The translations under genes were made by a program, and so were the position numbers. A stretch of 64,000 nucleotides of DNA from contig CBDCXV010000001.1 of NCBI GenBank assembly GCA_965223905.1, positions 1,248,001 to 1,312,000 on the forward strand, read 5' to 3'. The DNA is from Candidatus Latescibacterota bacterium (GTDB lineage: Bacteria > Latescibacterota > UBA2968 > UBA8231). The notes beneath the pieces are model-generated. The model searched no databases. It saw only the letters and a list, made by a program, of their open reading frames with translations, and was not told where the DNA came from. Below, in pieces: positions 27,229 to 38,023 of the stretch (position 1 is the first letter of the stretch; every line of letters begins with the position of its first letter).

Positions 27229-28331
27229 TCCCAGCGTCTTGCTATGGTTTCAGACAGGGACAGGCCATCTACCGTATTGTTTGGTTTCTTGCTCACCCGC
27301 ACCGGGCCGTCTCCTTCGCGAAAGAACCATCTGCCGTTCGCGCCTGCCATGTAGTCAATCGTCACGGGGTGATGGGATGCGACGACAACCTGTCCCAGAG
27401 ACTCGCCGGCTTGCTCCGCTGCTTCCGCGAGCCAAGGCTGTACTTCCCCAAGGGCGAGGTAGTTGTCGGGTTCGTCGACAAACAGCGAAACCTGCCCTTC
27501 CGAGGAGAGGTGGATCAGGCTGTACATGGCGATCAGGGCCCGTTGACCATCCGAGAGCTGATCGAAACCGTAGCGGACTGGCTCGGAGGACGGGCCTTTA
27601 AAGATTGCCTTGAGGGCGCGGGAGTTCTCTCCGGATTCCGTCAAATTGATCGAGTCGAAACCAGGGAGGGTTTCGCGAAGTGCCTCGAACAGCGAAAAAA
27701 TGGAGCGCATATTTTCCTGTGCAGCGCGGCGGTACCAGCCGACGAAATTCTGCATCAAAGGATCCAGGAACTCGTCCTCGGTTCTCGTTTCGGGTGCCAT
27801 TATCGCCGGACAGCAGCTGACGACTATGTAGTTGCCAATCTCTTTTTTGAACCGAGTCAGCTTCTTATTGTCGGTCCTTTCGTTTAGGAAGCTAATTCCG
27901 GACTGCGACCAATCGAAGGGATATGATGGGCCTTTGGAGTAATCGTCGTGGTACAGTTGCGCGTCACCATTTTTGAATGCAAAGATCGGGTTTCCGTCGT
28001 GTTCAAGCGTTTCTTCCCAGACTCGCATCCTATTGCGAGGGACGTCATGCTCAACCATCAGGGAGTAACGGTAGGATTCTTCGTCGATCCGGGTTTCGAT
28101 TTCGAATCTTTGTTCGTTGCGTTGTCCGTACAGGGAGATGTCCCGGGCAGGGAACACGGTATCCACTTTCCAGCCCCGAACGATCAGGTTCTGGATATTC
28201 CTGAGCACGTTCAGGACTGAGGTCTTGCCTGTTCCGTTCCGCCCCAGAAAGACGTTCGTCTGGTCGAGATCCAAGTCGAAATTTTCCAGACAACGGAAGT
28301 TGTCCACGTAGAGTCTTGAGAGCACGGGCAT
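27225..28331 (-). CDS. AAA_21/OLD-type ABC ATPase
   Basis: NFRCL, GRNGTGKT, signature LSDGQ, LFVDEPDNYL, H-loop ASHHP. Confidence 0.9.
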   Translation of the reverse strand: MPVLSRLYVDNFRCLENFDLDLDQTNVFLGRNGTGKTSVLNVLRNIQNLIVRGWKVDTVFPARDISLYGQRNEQRFEIETRIDEESYRYSLMVEHDVPRNRMRVWEETLEHDGNPIFAFKNGDAQLYHDDYSKGPSYPFDWSQSGISFLNERTDNKKLTRFKKEIGNYIVVSCCPAIMAPETRTEDEFLDPLMQNFVGWYRRAAQENMRSIFSLFEALRETLPGFDSINLTESGENSRALKAIFKGPSSEPVRYGFDQLSDGQRALIAMYSLIHLSSEGQVSLFVDEPDNYLALGEVQPWLAEAAEQAGESLGQVVVASHHPVTIDYMAGANGRWFFREGDGPVRVSKKPNNTVDGLSLSETIARRWE

Positions 28332-28436
28332 TCACCTTTGTCGGTAGGACTTGCCGGTCCGCTGATGTGACCGTCTGATTTCAAGGTGGCTTGGATGGTA
28401 TTCACCTGTCAAGAAGCCTTGGACTTCCTTTTGCCT

Positions 28437-30069
28437 TCAAGGCTGGCCCTTGAAGCGGCGGATGCCGGTGCGCGGCACGAAGCCGACTTCGGGTGAAAAA
28501 TCCTCTGCGACGTCGAGGTGGCTCAGTCTGGTCTCGAAGCGGCTCCGGCGGTAGTCGAGCTCCAGCAGGCCGGCGCCGTCGCCCCCCTCCGCCGCGGGGG
28601 TCCAGGTGCCGGCGGCGAAGCCGCGCAGGTTGAGGGCGGCCTGCAGCAGCGACAGGGAGAAGTCCATTCCGGCGGTGCGGTTGTAGTCCGCGTCGGAGCC
28701 GGGCTGCTTGTCGATGGCGATCAGGCCGAGACTGGAGCTCCCCGGCAGGTCGCGCTTGAGCCGCAGGACGGTGAAGTCGGTGCGGGCAACGTCCAGGGTG
28801 TCGAGGACGTCCACCTGCAGGGTATCGACGATGGCCTCCCCGCTCAGCTCGGCCTGATCCTCGTCAAGGAGGTCGGCGTCCGCGGTGAGGAAGCGGTCTT
28901 CCTCCTCTTCGTCGACGAAGGTCATGGCCTGCGTCGTCATGCGCAGGGTGCCGATCTGGTAGGGTCCTGCCCGGCCGGTGAGCTTGCCCCCGGCGAGCAC
29001 GGGCAGGTTGTGCCCCTCCTCGATGCCGATGCGGCGGCTGTAAAACATCAGGGTGGGAGGCCGTCCTCCCAGGCCCTGCCTTTCGACCCGTTCCCCGAAC
29101 TCGAAGATGCCGGCCCCTTCGAGGAAGAAGTCCCGTTTTTCCGGAAAGAAAAGGTTGAAGCGGGTGAGGTTGACCTGCTCCTGGTCGGCCTCCACCTGGG
29201 CGAAGTCCGTCTTCCAGGACAGGTCGAGGGTCAGCGAGGGAGTGAGGCCGTACTTGAAATCGAGGCCAGGGTCGAGGTCGTATTCATTGGAGTCGTCTGC
29301 GGCGTAATCGCGCCGGGCGCCGCTCAGTACGAAGGGGACGACCGCCATGGGCGGGCGGCTGCGGAGCCGGCCCAGGCCCTTCAGCACCGCCAGGCGCGAG
29401 GTGCGGTAGCGCCCCCAGTAGCCGTACGACTGGGGCGGCGGCACGAGGAAGACCTCCTCGTTCCTGCGCCGGATGGCGCGGCCGATGTTGATTCCCCACA
29501 CCGCCTCGTCGCTGTCGGGGTAGCGCACCTGGTCCAGAGGAATGGCGACCTCGGCGCTCCAGCCGAGGCTGTCGATGCGGGTGCGGCTCCGCCAGACGCT
29601 GTCCCAGGCCTGGTTGCGGGTGCGGCCCTCGTCGGTGGGCAGCAGGTCCTGGCGCGCCCCCAGGGGATTGGTGCTGAAGTAGAAGCCGCCGCCGCGGTCG
29701 TTGTAGGGGTTGAGGATGATCTGGATGTTGTCGTTCTCCTCGAGGTCGGCGTCGCGCCGCATCTGGTTGGCCACCAGGCGGCCGGCCTCCCTGTCGAAGC
29801 AGCGCACGGCGAAGTACAGGTGGCGGTCGTCGAAAAGGACGCGGACCTCGGTCCGCTCGCTGGGCGGGGCTCCTTCGACCGGCTCCCGCTGGAAGAAGCC
29901 GGCCGTGACCGGGGCCTGGCTTCAGACCGGATCGTCGAGGCGGCCGTCGATGCGCGGGGGCGAGGGGGTGCGGGCGGCCTGGACTACGGGGGGCTCCCCG
30001 GCCTGGACCGGAGCGGCGAGCAGCGCCAGGAGAACGGCGCTTTTGAGAATGGAGGACCGCGTTTTTACG
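28437..30069 (-). pseudogene. CBM9/DUF5916-like outer-membrane protein, inactivated
   Basis: Signal peptide + PRIDGRLDDPV then in-frame TGA at 29922-29924; TDFAQVEADQEQVNLTRFNLFFPEKRDFFLEG; C-terminus cut at 28437. Confidence 0.8.
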
Positions 30070-32920
30070 GTTGTGGTCTGGAATTGGTGGCTGAAAATCT
30101 TTGTCTGATTTCGGTCACTGCAATCATGATCTCCGTGGGCAGGGGTTCTAGTTCTTCGCCCAGTTCCGCCCTTATGGCGTGCCACAGAGGCTCCATCGAT
30201 TCTGCCAGACCCGTAGCGTCCAGAATGTCCTTGACACGTGGTCCATGGCCAGCGGCGACCGCGCGGATAAAGAACTCAGTCAAACCGGTTACCTCTTGTT
30301 TCTGCGAATCGCTCCTGGTTATGCGCAGGGCGTGTTCGAGCTTGCCCAGCGCTTCCGTCCATTCGCCTCGACCGGCCAGGACATTGGAGAGCGTCCGCAA
30401 CGCATCCGGGTTTTCTGGGGCCAATTCCACAGCACGTCGGGCATGCTCAAGGGCTTCGGGAAGACGCTCGGTGTCGTTCTGGTGGAGGATAGCCTGCGTC
30501 CAGACGATCCATGATTCGCCACAGTCGGGATCGAAATCCGTCGCAGTTCTGCAAGCGGATTCCGCTTCTCCATTCCTTCCCTCCAGATTCAATGTAGCTG
30601 CTACGGATGCCAGCCCCTCGGCGGTCATGCGGCGCAACTTAATCGGGTCGTCTCGATGTATGTATTTCCGGGCCAATTGGGATGATGCGCTCAAAAGGTC
30701 GTGGTTTCCCAGCTCGTACTGAACCATTCCTCTGATACTTGCCGCCGTGACTGCCAGGTGGCGCATTGGCGCCGAATCGCCTTTACGGACGTAGTCGGCA
30801 ACCCGTTCCCAGACACCAGCGGCCTCTTTGTACCTGCTTTGGTCGGTAAGAATGCTACCGTTGGCAGACAGAGCGTTGACGACTATCCGCCGCAATTCCT
30901 CCGAGTCGTCAGGACGGACATACCTGGGAACCTGTTCCCTTGCAATGATGGCCTCTTCATCCCGGCCTAGTTTTTCAAGAAAACGGCCTTTATCCTCGAT
31001 TGCCATGGCCGCCGTCCGGCGCAATTCCTCCGGGTCGTCCGTGCGAATGTGTTCCGAGGCCCGCTGCCAGACCGCGATAGCCTCCTCTTCCCGGTTCAGT
31101 TGGGCGAGAAAGCTGCCGCTGATCCTGGCCGCCGCGGCGGCAGCACCCCGCAGCTGTACCGAGTCATCCGAATCGACATACTCGGAAGCCAGCTCGAAGG
31201 TAGCAATTGCGTCTTCACGCTTTTCCAGTTGCACGAGGGCCGTCCCCTTCCCGACCAGAGTCGCAAAGGTCAGAATGCGTAACTCTTTCGGGCCATCCTT
31301 GGAGACTTGCTCCAGGACGCATCCATAGGCAGCTACCGCCTCTTCGAAGCGATGTTGCGAGGCTAGAACAGAACCGAGGCCGAACCAAGCTGCAAAGTGG
31401 TCGGGCTTAATCTCCAAGGCCTTCCGAAGCGCTGCTTCCGCGTCTTCAAAACATCCGGCCTGGTTAAACTTTAGGGCGCGCTTCATCCATTCTTCGAAAT
31501 GGCTTGCCTTTTCGTTTTCTGCGAATTCCTCCCGTATGGTCTGGACAATGGGAGCGTTCGGACCGACGCGGTCGGCAACAATGGCCAGCGCTTCGCGCTG
31601 CCAGTCTTCGCGCCCCTCGAAGTGTTGATCACCCGCGACGTGCGGAGCCAGAACGCCCAGCCACTCGGACAGGGCGGTGGCGTCCACGCCATCGGCACGC
31701 AACGCGGTCAATGCGGCGGGGTACATCGTCCTCATACCGGTCGGGCCGAAAAGGTCGTGAAGGAACGCGACGAGCCGTTCGAGACGGTCGCGTCCTGTGC
31801 GTGAGAAACGCAGCAGGTAGTAGATGTTGTAGAACCGGTCGCTGACCTCGTACCGCGCCCGCTTGGCGCCGGGGAGCCGGACTTCTCGCGCATAGCCCTT
31901 TTCCAGAAGTTGCTTGAGCTGGGCGCTGGCGTGTGATGAACTCAGCTTCGCGGCCCCGGCCACCTCCTTCGCCAACATCGGCTTCCACCCCTCCGAGAGA
32001 CAGTGGAATACCTTTCGGGCCTGAACCGGCAAGTCCTCGATGCGGGCCTTGAAGTAAGGCGTCTGCTCGTCTATCAGCTGCTCCAGGTCCTCGATGGCCG
32101 ACCCAAGGGGCGACTCGATCAGCATCCGACAGGAAAGGACCAGCAACCGTGGGTTCCCACCGGTGAGACGGCGGATGGTCTCCAACCGGCCTTGTTCCCG
32201 GTTCAGGGTTTCCGGGATTTCGGGCCTCCCTTCACAGTCGGCGACCGCTTTCAGCATCCTACGGGCGTCAGCCTGTCCTAGACCTTCGAGCGTGAAGAGT
32301 CGGAAGAATTCGTAGAACGGTTCGCCGTGACTTCGGATGGCCTCGAAGACCGCGTTGGCGGACCCGAGCAAGAGGATTTCCGGACGCTCGATCAGCGAGG
32401 CTCGCAGCGCATGGATTTCCCGCTCGTTGCGCAACTGTCCGAAGACGGCGTCGAGGTTCTCGACAAAGAGGATCAGACGCTTCCCGCTCGCCTCGCTGAA
32501 ATCCAGCAGGGCCGCGAGGGCATACGCGGCGAGCCGTTGTGTGTCTCCTTCCTCCTCGGCAAGGGAGTCGGCTCTGTCAGCCCAACGAGGATCCCCGGTG
32601 GCCCGCGTCAGGTGCTCTAGGGCGGTGAGCCAGAATTCCCCCAGGTTGCCGATCCCGTAGCTCTCTTCGTGGAACGCTACGGGCTGCCACAGCGCGGCAA
32701 GGTTCGGCTCGTCCTCGACCGCGTACAGGAACCGAAGCCCTAGGGTGGTCTTTCCCATGCCGCGCGGACCGATGAGCATCATGTGCTGGCATGGCCGGCC
32801 GGGCATCTGCTCGCCGATGACGCGAAGCATTTCGTCAAGGGTTTCCTCGCGCGCGACGAAGGAAGACTTCAACTCTTCGGAGGTCAGCTGGGCGGGGTTG
32901 TAGAGACGCCGCCGGATCAT
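30065..32920 (-). CDS. STAND-like P-loop ATPase - winged helix - TPR protein
   Basis: GPRGMGKTT, LILFVENLD, TGGNPR, wHTH (ASAQLKQLLEKGY...YEVSDRFY), many TPR-like repeats. Confidence 0.8.
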   Translation of the reverse strand: MIRRRLYNPAQLTSEELKSSFVAREETLDEMLRVIGEQMPGRPCQHMMLIGPRGMGKTTLGLRFLYAVEDEPNLAALWQPVAFHEESYGIGNLGEFWLTALEHLTRATGDPRWADRADSLAEEEGDTQRLAAYALAALLDFSEASGKRLILFVENLDAVFGQLRNEREIHALRASLIERPEILLLGSANAVFEAIRSHGEPFYEFFRLFTLEGLGQADARRMLKAVADCEGRPEIPETLNREQGRLETIRRLTGGNPRLLVLSCRMLIESPLGSAIEDLEQLIDEQTPYFKARIEDLPVQARKVFHCLSEGWKPMLAKEVAGAAKLSSSHASAQLKQLLEKGYAREVRLPGAKRARYEVSDRFYNIYYLLRFSRTGRDRLERLVAFLHDLFGPTGMRTMYPAALTALRADGVDATALSEWLGVLAPHVAGDQHFEGREDWQREALAIVADRVGPNAPIVQTIREEFAENEKASHFEEWMKRALKFNQAGCFEDAEAALRKALEIKPDHFAAWFGLGSVLASQHRFEEAVAAYGCVLEQVSKDGPKELRILTFATLVGKGTALVQLEKREDAIATFELASEYVDSDDSVQLRGAAAAAARISGSFLAQLNREEEAIAVWQRASEHIRTDDPEELRRTAAMAIEDKGRFLEKLGRDEEAIIAREQVPRYVRPDDSEELRRIVVNALSANGSILTDQSRYKEAAGVWERVADYVRKGDSAPMRHLAVTAASIRGMVQYELGNHDLLSASSQLARKYIHRDDPIKLRRMTAEGLASVAATLNLEGRNGEAESACRTATDFDPDCGESWIVWTQAILHQNDTERLPEALEHARRAVELAPENPDALRTLSNVLAGRGEWTEALGKLEHALRITRSDSQKQEVTGLTEFFIRAVAAGHGPRVKDILDATGLAESMEPLWHAIRAELGEELEPLPTEIMIAVTEIRQRFSATNSRPQP

Positions 32921-34116
32921 CGGGCCTGGTCCCTTCCGTGGTGTTTTCGCCACCATACTCGCAGGAGGTTCGAACGGAAAATCAGATGACCGTCTTCTCT
33001 CCTCACGTAACCGTCCGCCTCCAGATCGCTCAACACCGACTGAAATGTCTCGTTTCCCTGCCGCCGTAAGTCTTCGAGATCCGGAAAACTGACGCCGTCC
33101 TTACGCCGGCAGGCGAGCCCCAGGATGTCGTACGCCATTCCGCACTCTCGCTCGTCGAGAGCAATCTCAAGGCGCTTCTCGTAGTGGTCCAGGTGAGCGG
33201 TCCCGCTTGGTCCGGCAAGCCGCTCTTCAAAGCACTGATTGATCATTGCGGGCGAGACTCGGGAGGGTTCGCCTCTACTCTCATCGCGAATCGCCGAGAA
33301 GAAAAGCTGAACGTGGTACGGAACGGGATCATTCAGCAGATCCAGGATCCGGGCGAATGATCCGTCGTCAAGAGGGAAATCGTAGCTGCGGGCCAGCTTC
33401 TTCAGGAATTCGACGGCGGTGGATCTGTCCCACGAGTTCAGCGGAAAGGGCACGAGGTCGTTGATCGAGCCGGAAAGCCCGGCACGCCGCAGGATTCCTT
33501 CGAGCCCGATCGATCCGCCGACAAGGGTGTGAACCTTGCCGCGCAACGCCGGTGCCTGTCGCCAGTGCCGGAGCCGGGCCAGCAGTAGCTCGGCTTCGGG
33601 TTTGCGGTCAGTGTCCCTCAGAATGCGCGAAACGAGAATCGGCAGCTCGTCCAGGATGATCAGAAGCTTGCCACTGGCGTCGTCCAGGCTCGTGAGGCGC
33701 GCCTGGAGTTGATCTGCGGCATGGCCCCATTCACTGCCAATCGCCCGTTTGAGCTCGACGCGCAATGCGGGGATCTGGACACCGACACTTACTCCATTGA
33801 GAACGTCCTTGACCGCCTTCGAGAAGGGAATCGCTTCGAAACGGGTTCGATACCTGGGATGAGCCGCCAACTCCGCCAGTATCGAGGCGACGCAGTCAGC
33901 AGGGCCGTCGCCGCCTTCGACGTCGACATAGATGACCTCCCAGTTCTCCCGAGGAGCGCGATGGAGTTCCAGCATCAGGCTGGTCTTGCCCACACGCCTC
34001 GGGGCGAGCATCAGAATGTGCTCGCCCTGCTCCAGATTTTCCCAGAGGCGGTCCAGTTCGTAGTCTCGGCCATAGAGGTCGTCGCCGAGTACCGCTTGTC
34101 CGATGATGTTCCGCAT
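32917..34116 (-). CDS. P-loop ATPase (archaeal ATPase/STAND-like) with C-terminal wHTH
   Basis: LYGRDYEL...APRRVGKTS, LIILDELP, GGSIGL, PYHVQ. Confidence 0.85.
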   Translation of the reverse strand: MRNIIGQAVLGDDLYGRDYELDRLWENLEQGEHILMLAPRRVGKTSLMLELHRAPRENWEVIYVDVEGGDGPADCVASILAELAAHPRYRTRFEAIPFSKAVKDVLNGVSVGVQIPALRVELKRAIGSEWGHAADQLQARLTSLDDASGKLLIILDELPILVSRILRDTDRKPEAELLLARLRHWRQAPALRGKVHTLVGGSIGLEGILRRAGLSGSINDLVPFPLNSWDRSTAVEFLKKLARSYDFPLDDGSFARILDLLNDPVPYHVQLFFSAIRDESRGEPSRVSPAMINQCFEERLAGPSGTAHLDHYEKRLEIALDERECGMAYDILGLACRRKDGVSFPDLEDLRRQGNETFQSVLSDLEADGYVRREDGHLIFRSNLLRVWWRKHHGRDQAR

Positions 34117-34406
34117 TCATGGTCCTCCCGGAATTGGCACTAAGGCAAGCTAAACGGCAAAAAATATTTTGGCAATGATATTTTTGGCAAAATAACAGTT
34201 GTCATTACTGTAGCGGTAAGGGACGACTTTGTCATCGTGCACCCGCGAAAGAGCCGCAATTATGTGCAGATGCGCGATGCCGGCTGCAACGCCATGTCGC
34301 GATGTTCCGGTCGGTCGGCCGTCGGTCGGGATCGCCTCTCCAGCGCCGCGGCCGTTGCCGGGATCGAGGATAATCCGGATATATTCCCCAGGAACTGGAT
34401 AAAGTC

Positions 34407-35105
34407 ATGAACGGCATCCATGACATGGGCGGAATGCACGGCTTCGGCCCGGTGAAGCGGGAGGAGGACGAACCTGTCTTTCACGAGCCCTGGGAAGGCC
34501 GCCTCTTCGCCATGCAGATGTCGGGGATGGTCCCCTTGTTTGCCAGCGGCGACGCCGCCCGCTATGCCCTGGAGCAACTCGATCCCGCGGAGTATGTGGG
34601 TACTCCCTACTACGAGCGCTGGCTGGTGCGCATGGAGAACCGTCTGGTGGAGCTGGGCATCCTGACCCGGGAAGAGCTGGATGACCGCATACGCTACTAC
34701 CGGCAGCATCCGGACGCGGAAGTTCCCCGCCGCGAAGACCCTGCCGTCGCCGGGCAGGTGATGGAGAGGGTGCGCAACCGCCTGCCGGGGCCGCGGGACT
34801 CGGGCACGCCTCCCAGGTTTCGTGTGGGAGAAACGGTCCGCACCAGGAACGACCACCCCAAGGGGCACCACCGGCTGCCGCGCTACGCGCGCGGGCGCCT
34901 CGGTACCATCGCCCGGAAGCACGGCTATCACGACCTGGCGGACGACCTGGCCCGGGGCGACCACAACCCCGAGGCGCTCTACAGCGTGAGGTTCGACGCG
35001 GCCGAGCTCTGGGGAGACTCGGCAGAGGGCAGGGGCAGCGTGTACATCGATCTGTGGGACAGTTATCTCGAACCCGCGGACCCACGGGAGGTATTGGATG
35101 AGTGA
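34407..35105 (+). CDS. nthB: Nitrile hydratase beta subunit
   Basis: [44 protein letters not shown]...LWG...IDLWDSYL. Confidence 0.95.
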   Translation: MNGIHDMGGMHGFGPVKREEDEPVFHEPWEGRLFAMQMSGMVPLFASGDAARYALEQLDPAEYVGTPYYERWLVRMENRLVELGILTREELDDRIRYYRQHPDAEVPRREDPAVAGQVMERVRNRLPGPRDSGTPPRFRVGETVRTRNDHPKGHHRLPRYARGRLGTIARKHGYHDLADDLARGDHNPEALYSVRFDAAELWGDSAEGRGSVYIDLWDSYLEPADPREVLDE

Positions 35106-35718
35106 GGATCACCGTCATCACGGCGCACCGGAGTCCCGGGCGGCGCTGCGCACCAGGGCGATCGAGTCGCTGCTGGTGGAGAAGGGGCTGATCGCTTCGG
35201 ACGCCGTCGACGCCATTGTCGAAACCTACGAGCGGGACGTCGGGCCGATGAACGGGGCGAAAGTGGTTGCCCGCGCCTGGTCCGACCCGGAATACAGGAA
35301 GAGGCTCCTGGAGGACGGCACCGCCGCCATCGCCGAGATGGGGTTCGTCGGCCGCGAGGGGGCGCAGATCGTCGTGCTGGAGAACACCCCCGGCATCCAC
35401 AACCTGGTGGTGTGCACCCTGTGCTCCTGCTATCCGTGGCCGGTGCTGGGCCTCCCGCCAAGTTGGTACAAATCCTTCGCCTACCGTTCCCGCGCGGTCT
35501 CCGAGCCCCGCTCGGTGTTGAAGGAGTTCGGCCTGGAGCTGGACGAGTCGATGGAGGTGCGGGTGTGGGACAGCACCGCGGAGGTCCGCTACATGGTGCT
35601 TCCGCAGAGGCCGGCCGGCACCGAAGGTCTGAGTGAAGAGGAGCTGGTTCCCCTGGTGAGCCGCGACTCCATGGTCGGCGTTGCCCGGGCCGCGGCTCCG
35701 GAGCCGGTGGGACAGTGA
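35098..35718 (+). CDS. nthA: Cobalt-type nitrile hydratase alpha subunit
   Basis: [17 protein letters not shown] metal-binding motif (T/Y variant = Co-type). Confidence 0.96.
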   Translation: MSEDHRHHGAPESRAALRTRAIESLLVEKGLIASDAVDAIVETYERDVGPMNGAKVVARAWSDPEYRKRLLEDGTAAIAEMGFVGREGAQIVVLENTPGIHNLVVCTLCSCYPWPVLGLPPSWYKSFAYRSRAVSEPRSVLKEFGLELDESMEVRVWDSTAEVRYMVLPQRPAGTEGLSEEELVPLVSRDSMVGVARAAAPEPVGQ

Positions 35719-36065
35719 GGACGCCGCCGGCCCCGGAGATCGGTTCCATGGACGGGGCGGAAGCCCTGCCTCGCCTCAACGGGGAACTGGTCTTCGAGGA
35801 GCCCTGGGAAGGCCGGGCCCTCGGGATAGCCGTAGCCCTCAACGACCAGCGGGTCTATGAATGGTGGGAGTTCCGCGAGCATCTGGTCGAAAGCATCGCC
35901 GCGGAAGAAGAGGCGGGTGCCCCGTCGGGCTACTACAACCGCTGGCTGAGCGCCATGGAGAGGCTGCTGCTGCAACGGGGGCTGGTTACCTCCGAGGAGT
36001 TGGATCGGCGCACCCGGGAGCTCGCCTCGGGCCGGAGAGAAGACCCGGACCGTCACCGCCGCTGA
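35715..36065 (+). CDS. Nitrile hydratase accessory (P14K/NhlE-like) protein
   Basis: [18 protein letters not shown]...WWEFR...[13 protein letters not shown]. Confidence 0.88.
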   Translation: MRTPPAPEIGSMDGAEALPRLNGELVFEEPWEGRALGIAVALNDQRVYEWWEFREHLVESIAAEEEAGAPSGYYNRWLSAMERLLLQRGLVTSEELDRRTRELASGRREDPDRHRR

Positions 36066-36205
36066 CGCCGCCGTTGGCCGAGGAGGCCGGATCGCTTAAC
36101 CGGCACCATCGATCTCGGACAGCTCCAACTATCTCCGGCTCCGGCCGCCGTCCATTCCCCCGCTGCCCGCGGATACCCGCTCAGCTGTCGGCTGATTCCC
36201 CGATC

Positions 36206-38023
36206 CTACCTGTCGTACCACCCCGCCTGAAGGGCCCACATGCGGGCGTACTCCCCGCCCCGGGAGACCAGCTCGTCGTGGGTTCCGTTCTCGATCAGCC
36301 GCCCCTCCTTCAGGACGAGGATGCGGTCGCACAGCCGCGCCGACCCAAGGCGGTGGGAGACGACGATGGTGGTGCGCCCGCTTGCCATGGACAGAAAGCG
36401 GCGGAACACGTCCGCCTCGGCCTGCGGGTCCAGGGAGGCGGTCGGCTCGTCGAGGACGACGAAGTCCCCCTCGCGCATGAACCCCCTGGAGATGGCGACG
36501 CGCTGCCACTCGCCGCCGGACAGCTCGGTGCCCCCTTCGAACTCCCGGGTGAGCAGGGTGTCGTACCCCTCCGGGAGCCGGCCGGCTACGGCCTCGGCCC
36601 CGCCCTGGCGCGCGGCGCGCTCGATTTCGCCTGGCTCCCCCATCCTCTCGCTGCGGCCGAAGCCGATGTTCTCGCCGAGGGGGAAGGCGAAGCGGGTGTA
36701 GTCCTGGAAGACCGCGGCCGACTGGTCCCGGAGCTGGTCCCGGTTCACCCGTTCCGCCTCGAGGCCGCCGTAGTGCAGCTCGCCGGCGGTGGGGCGGAAC
36801 AGCCCCAGCAGGATCTTGACGAGGGTGGTCTTGCCGGAGCCGTTGGCCCCGACCAGGGCGACGCGCTCGCCGGGCCGGATGGTGAAGGTGATCTCCTCGA
36901 GGGCGGGGCGGTCCGCTTGGGGATACCGGAAGCACAGGCTGCGCGCGGAGATGGGTGTCCGGGCGAGGGCGGCGATGTTCTTTCCCCCCGGCGGCTCTTC
37001 CGGGCCCAGGTCCAGGTAGATGAAGAGGTCGGCGATGTTAAGGAGCCAGACGGGCAAGAAGCCCATGCGGCCGAACACCTGGTCGACGCTGAACCGCACC
37101 TGGCGCAGGGCGACGATCATGGCGGCGAACTGCCCTGCCGACAGTCCGCCGTCGAGAACCGCCCACGCCGACCAGCCCACCCCGGCTGCCAGCCCCAGGA
37201 GGCTGAAGGCCGCCAGAAACCCGCCGATGGCGTAGTGCCTGCGGCGCTGCCGGTAGATGAGGTCGGCCACCCGCCAGTAGAGGTGTTCCCACCATCCGAT
37301 CAGGGCCGGCTCCAGGCCGAAGACCCGCACCTCCTTGGCGGCGTCCCGTCCGGTCAGGGTCCTCTCCAGGTACCCGCGCAGCCTCTGCGCTTGCGTCTGC
37401 CCGCGCTGCAGATAGAACTCGTGGATATTGTGGACCATGGCGGCAAGCGGGTGAGGCAGGGTGACCAGAACGATGGCGACGAGGAGGAGCGGGTCCCACA
37501 ACCCGACGACGACGGCGACCGAGACCGCGGTCAGCGATCTCGTGATGATGGTGTAGATCCCGAAGAGGATGTTTAGGAAGAAGCCGGGGGTGGCGGCCTC
37601 CTGGGCGCGGCGCAGGAGGTCGTGGAAGTCGGCCCGCTCGAAGACCTCAAGGCGCAGGGACCGGGACTTGACCTGGAGCTGTTCGAGGAGCCGGTCCTCC
37701 ATCTCCTGCTTCAGCCGCTCGAGCAGGATCCTCCACGACCACTCCCGGATCCCGGTCTCGGCCAGGGTCACGGCCGCCCACATGGCAAGCCACGGAAGCA
37801 GGGCCTCCACGGGAAGACGGCCTTCGTACAGGTCGACGCCGCGGTCGAAGATCTCCCGCACGGCCCAGACGGTAGCGGCAGGCAGCAGGCCGGCGGTGAA
37901 CTGCAGCGCCAGCGAGGTGATTGCCCGCCGGGGGTCGGTGCGGATCATCCATCCCAGGAAGCGGAGGAAAGTCCGCGGACCGGGCGGGCGCTCGAGGAGC
38001 CTGTCCGGCTCTACTGGTACCAC
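36206..38023 (-). CDS. ABC exporter (TMD+NBD), second subunit
   Basis: GANGSGKT, FQDY, LSGGEWQR, LDEPT, SHRL; GTG start with GGAGG. Confidence 0.9.
   Translation of the reverse strand: MVPVEPDRLLERPPGPRTFLRFLGWMIRTDPRRAITSLALQFTAGLLPAATVWAVREIFDRGVDLYEGRLPVEALLPWLAMWAAVTLAETGIREWSWRILLERLKQEMEDRLLEQLQVKSRSLRLEVFERADFHDLLRRAQEAATPGFFLNILFGIYTIITRSLTAVSVAVVVGLWDPLLLVAIVLVTLPHPLAAMVHNIHEFYLQRGQTQAQRLRGYLERTLTGRDAAKEVRVFGLEPALIGWWEHLYWRVADLIYRQRRRHYAIGGFLAAFSLLGLAAGVGWSAWAVLDGGLSAGQFAAMIVALRQVRFSVDQVFGRMGFLPVWLLNIADLFIYLDLGPEEPPGGKNIAALARTPISARSLCFRYPQADRPALEEITFTIRPGERVALVGANGSGKTTLVKILLGLFRPTAGELHYGGLEAERVNRDQLRDQSAAVFQDYTRFAFPLGENIGFGRSERMGEPGEIERAARQGGAEAVAGRLPEGYDTLLTREFEGGTELSGGEWQRVAISRGFMREGDFVVLDEPTASLDPQAEADVFRRFLSMASGRTTIVVSHRLGSARLCDRILVLKEGRLIENGTHDELVSRGGEYARMWALQAGWYDR

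Noticed and set aside
29922-29924. In-frame TGA as selenocysteine or recoded Trp
   Set aside because: TGA is the normal stop of many genes here, and this gene is also truncated and lacks a good start codon; a nonsense mutation is simpler.
28518-30722. Long antisense ORFs (e.g. 28518..30722+, 35861..37576+, 38515..40041+, 52121..53617+, 62381..63847+)
   Set aside because: Shadow ORFs opposite well-supported genes in high-GC DNA.
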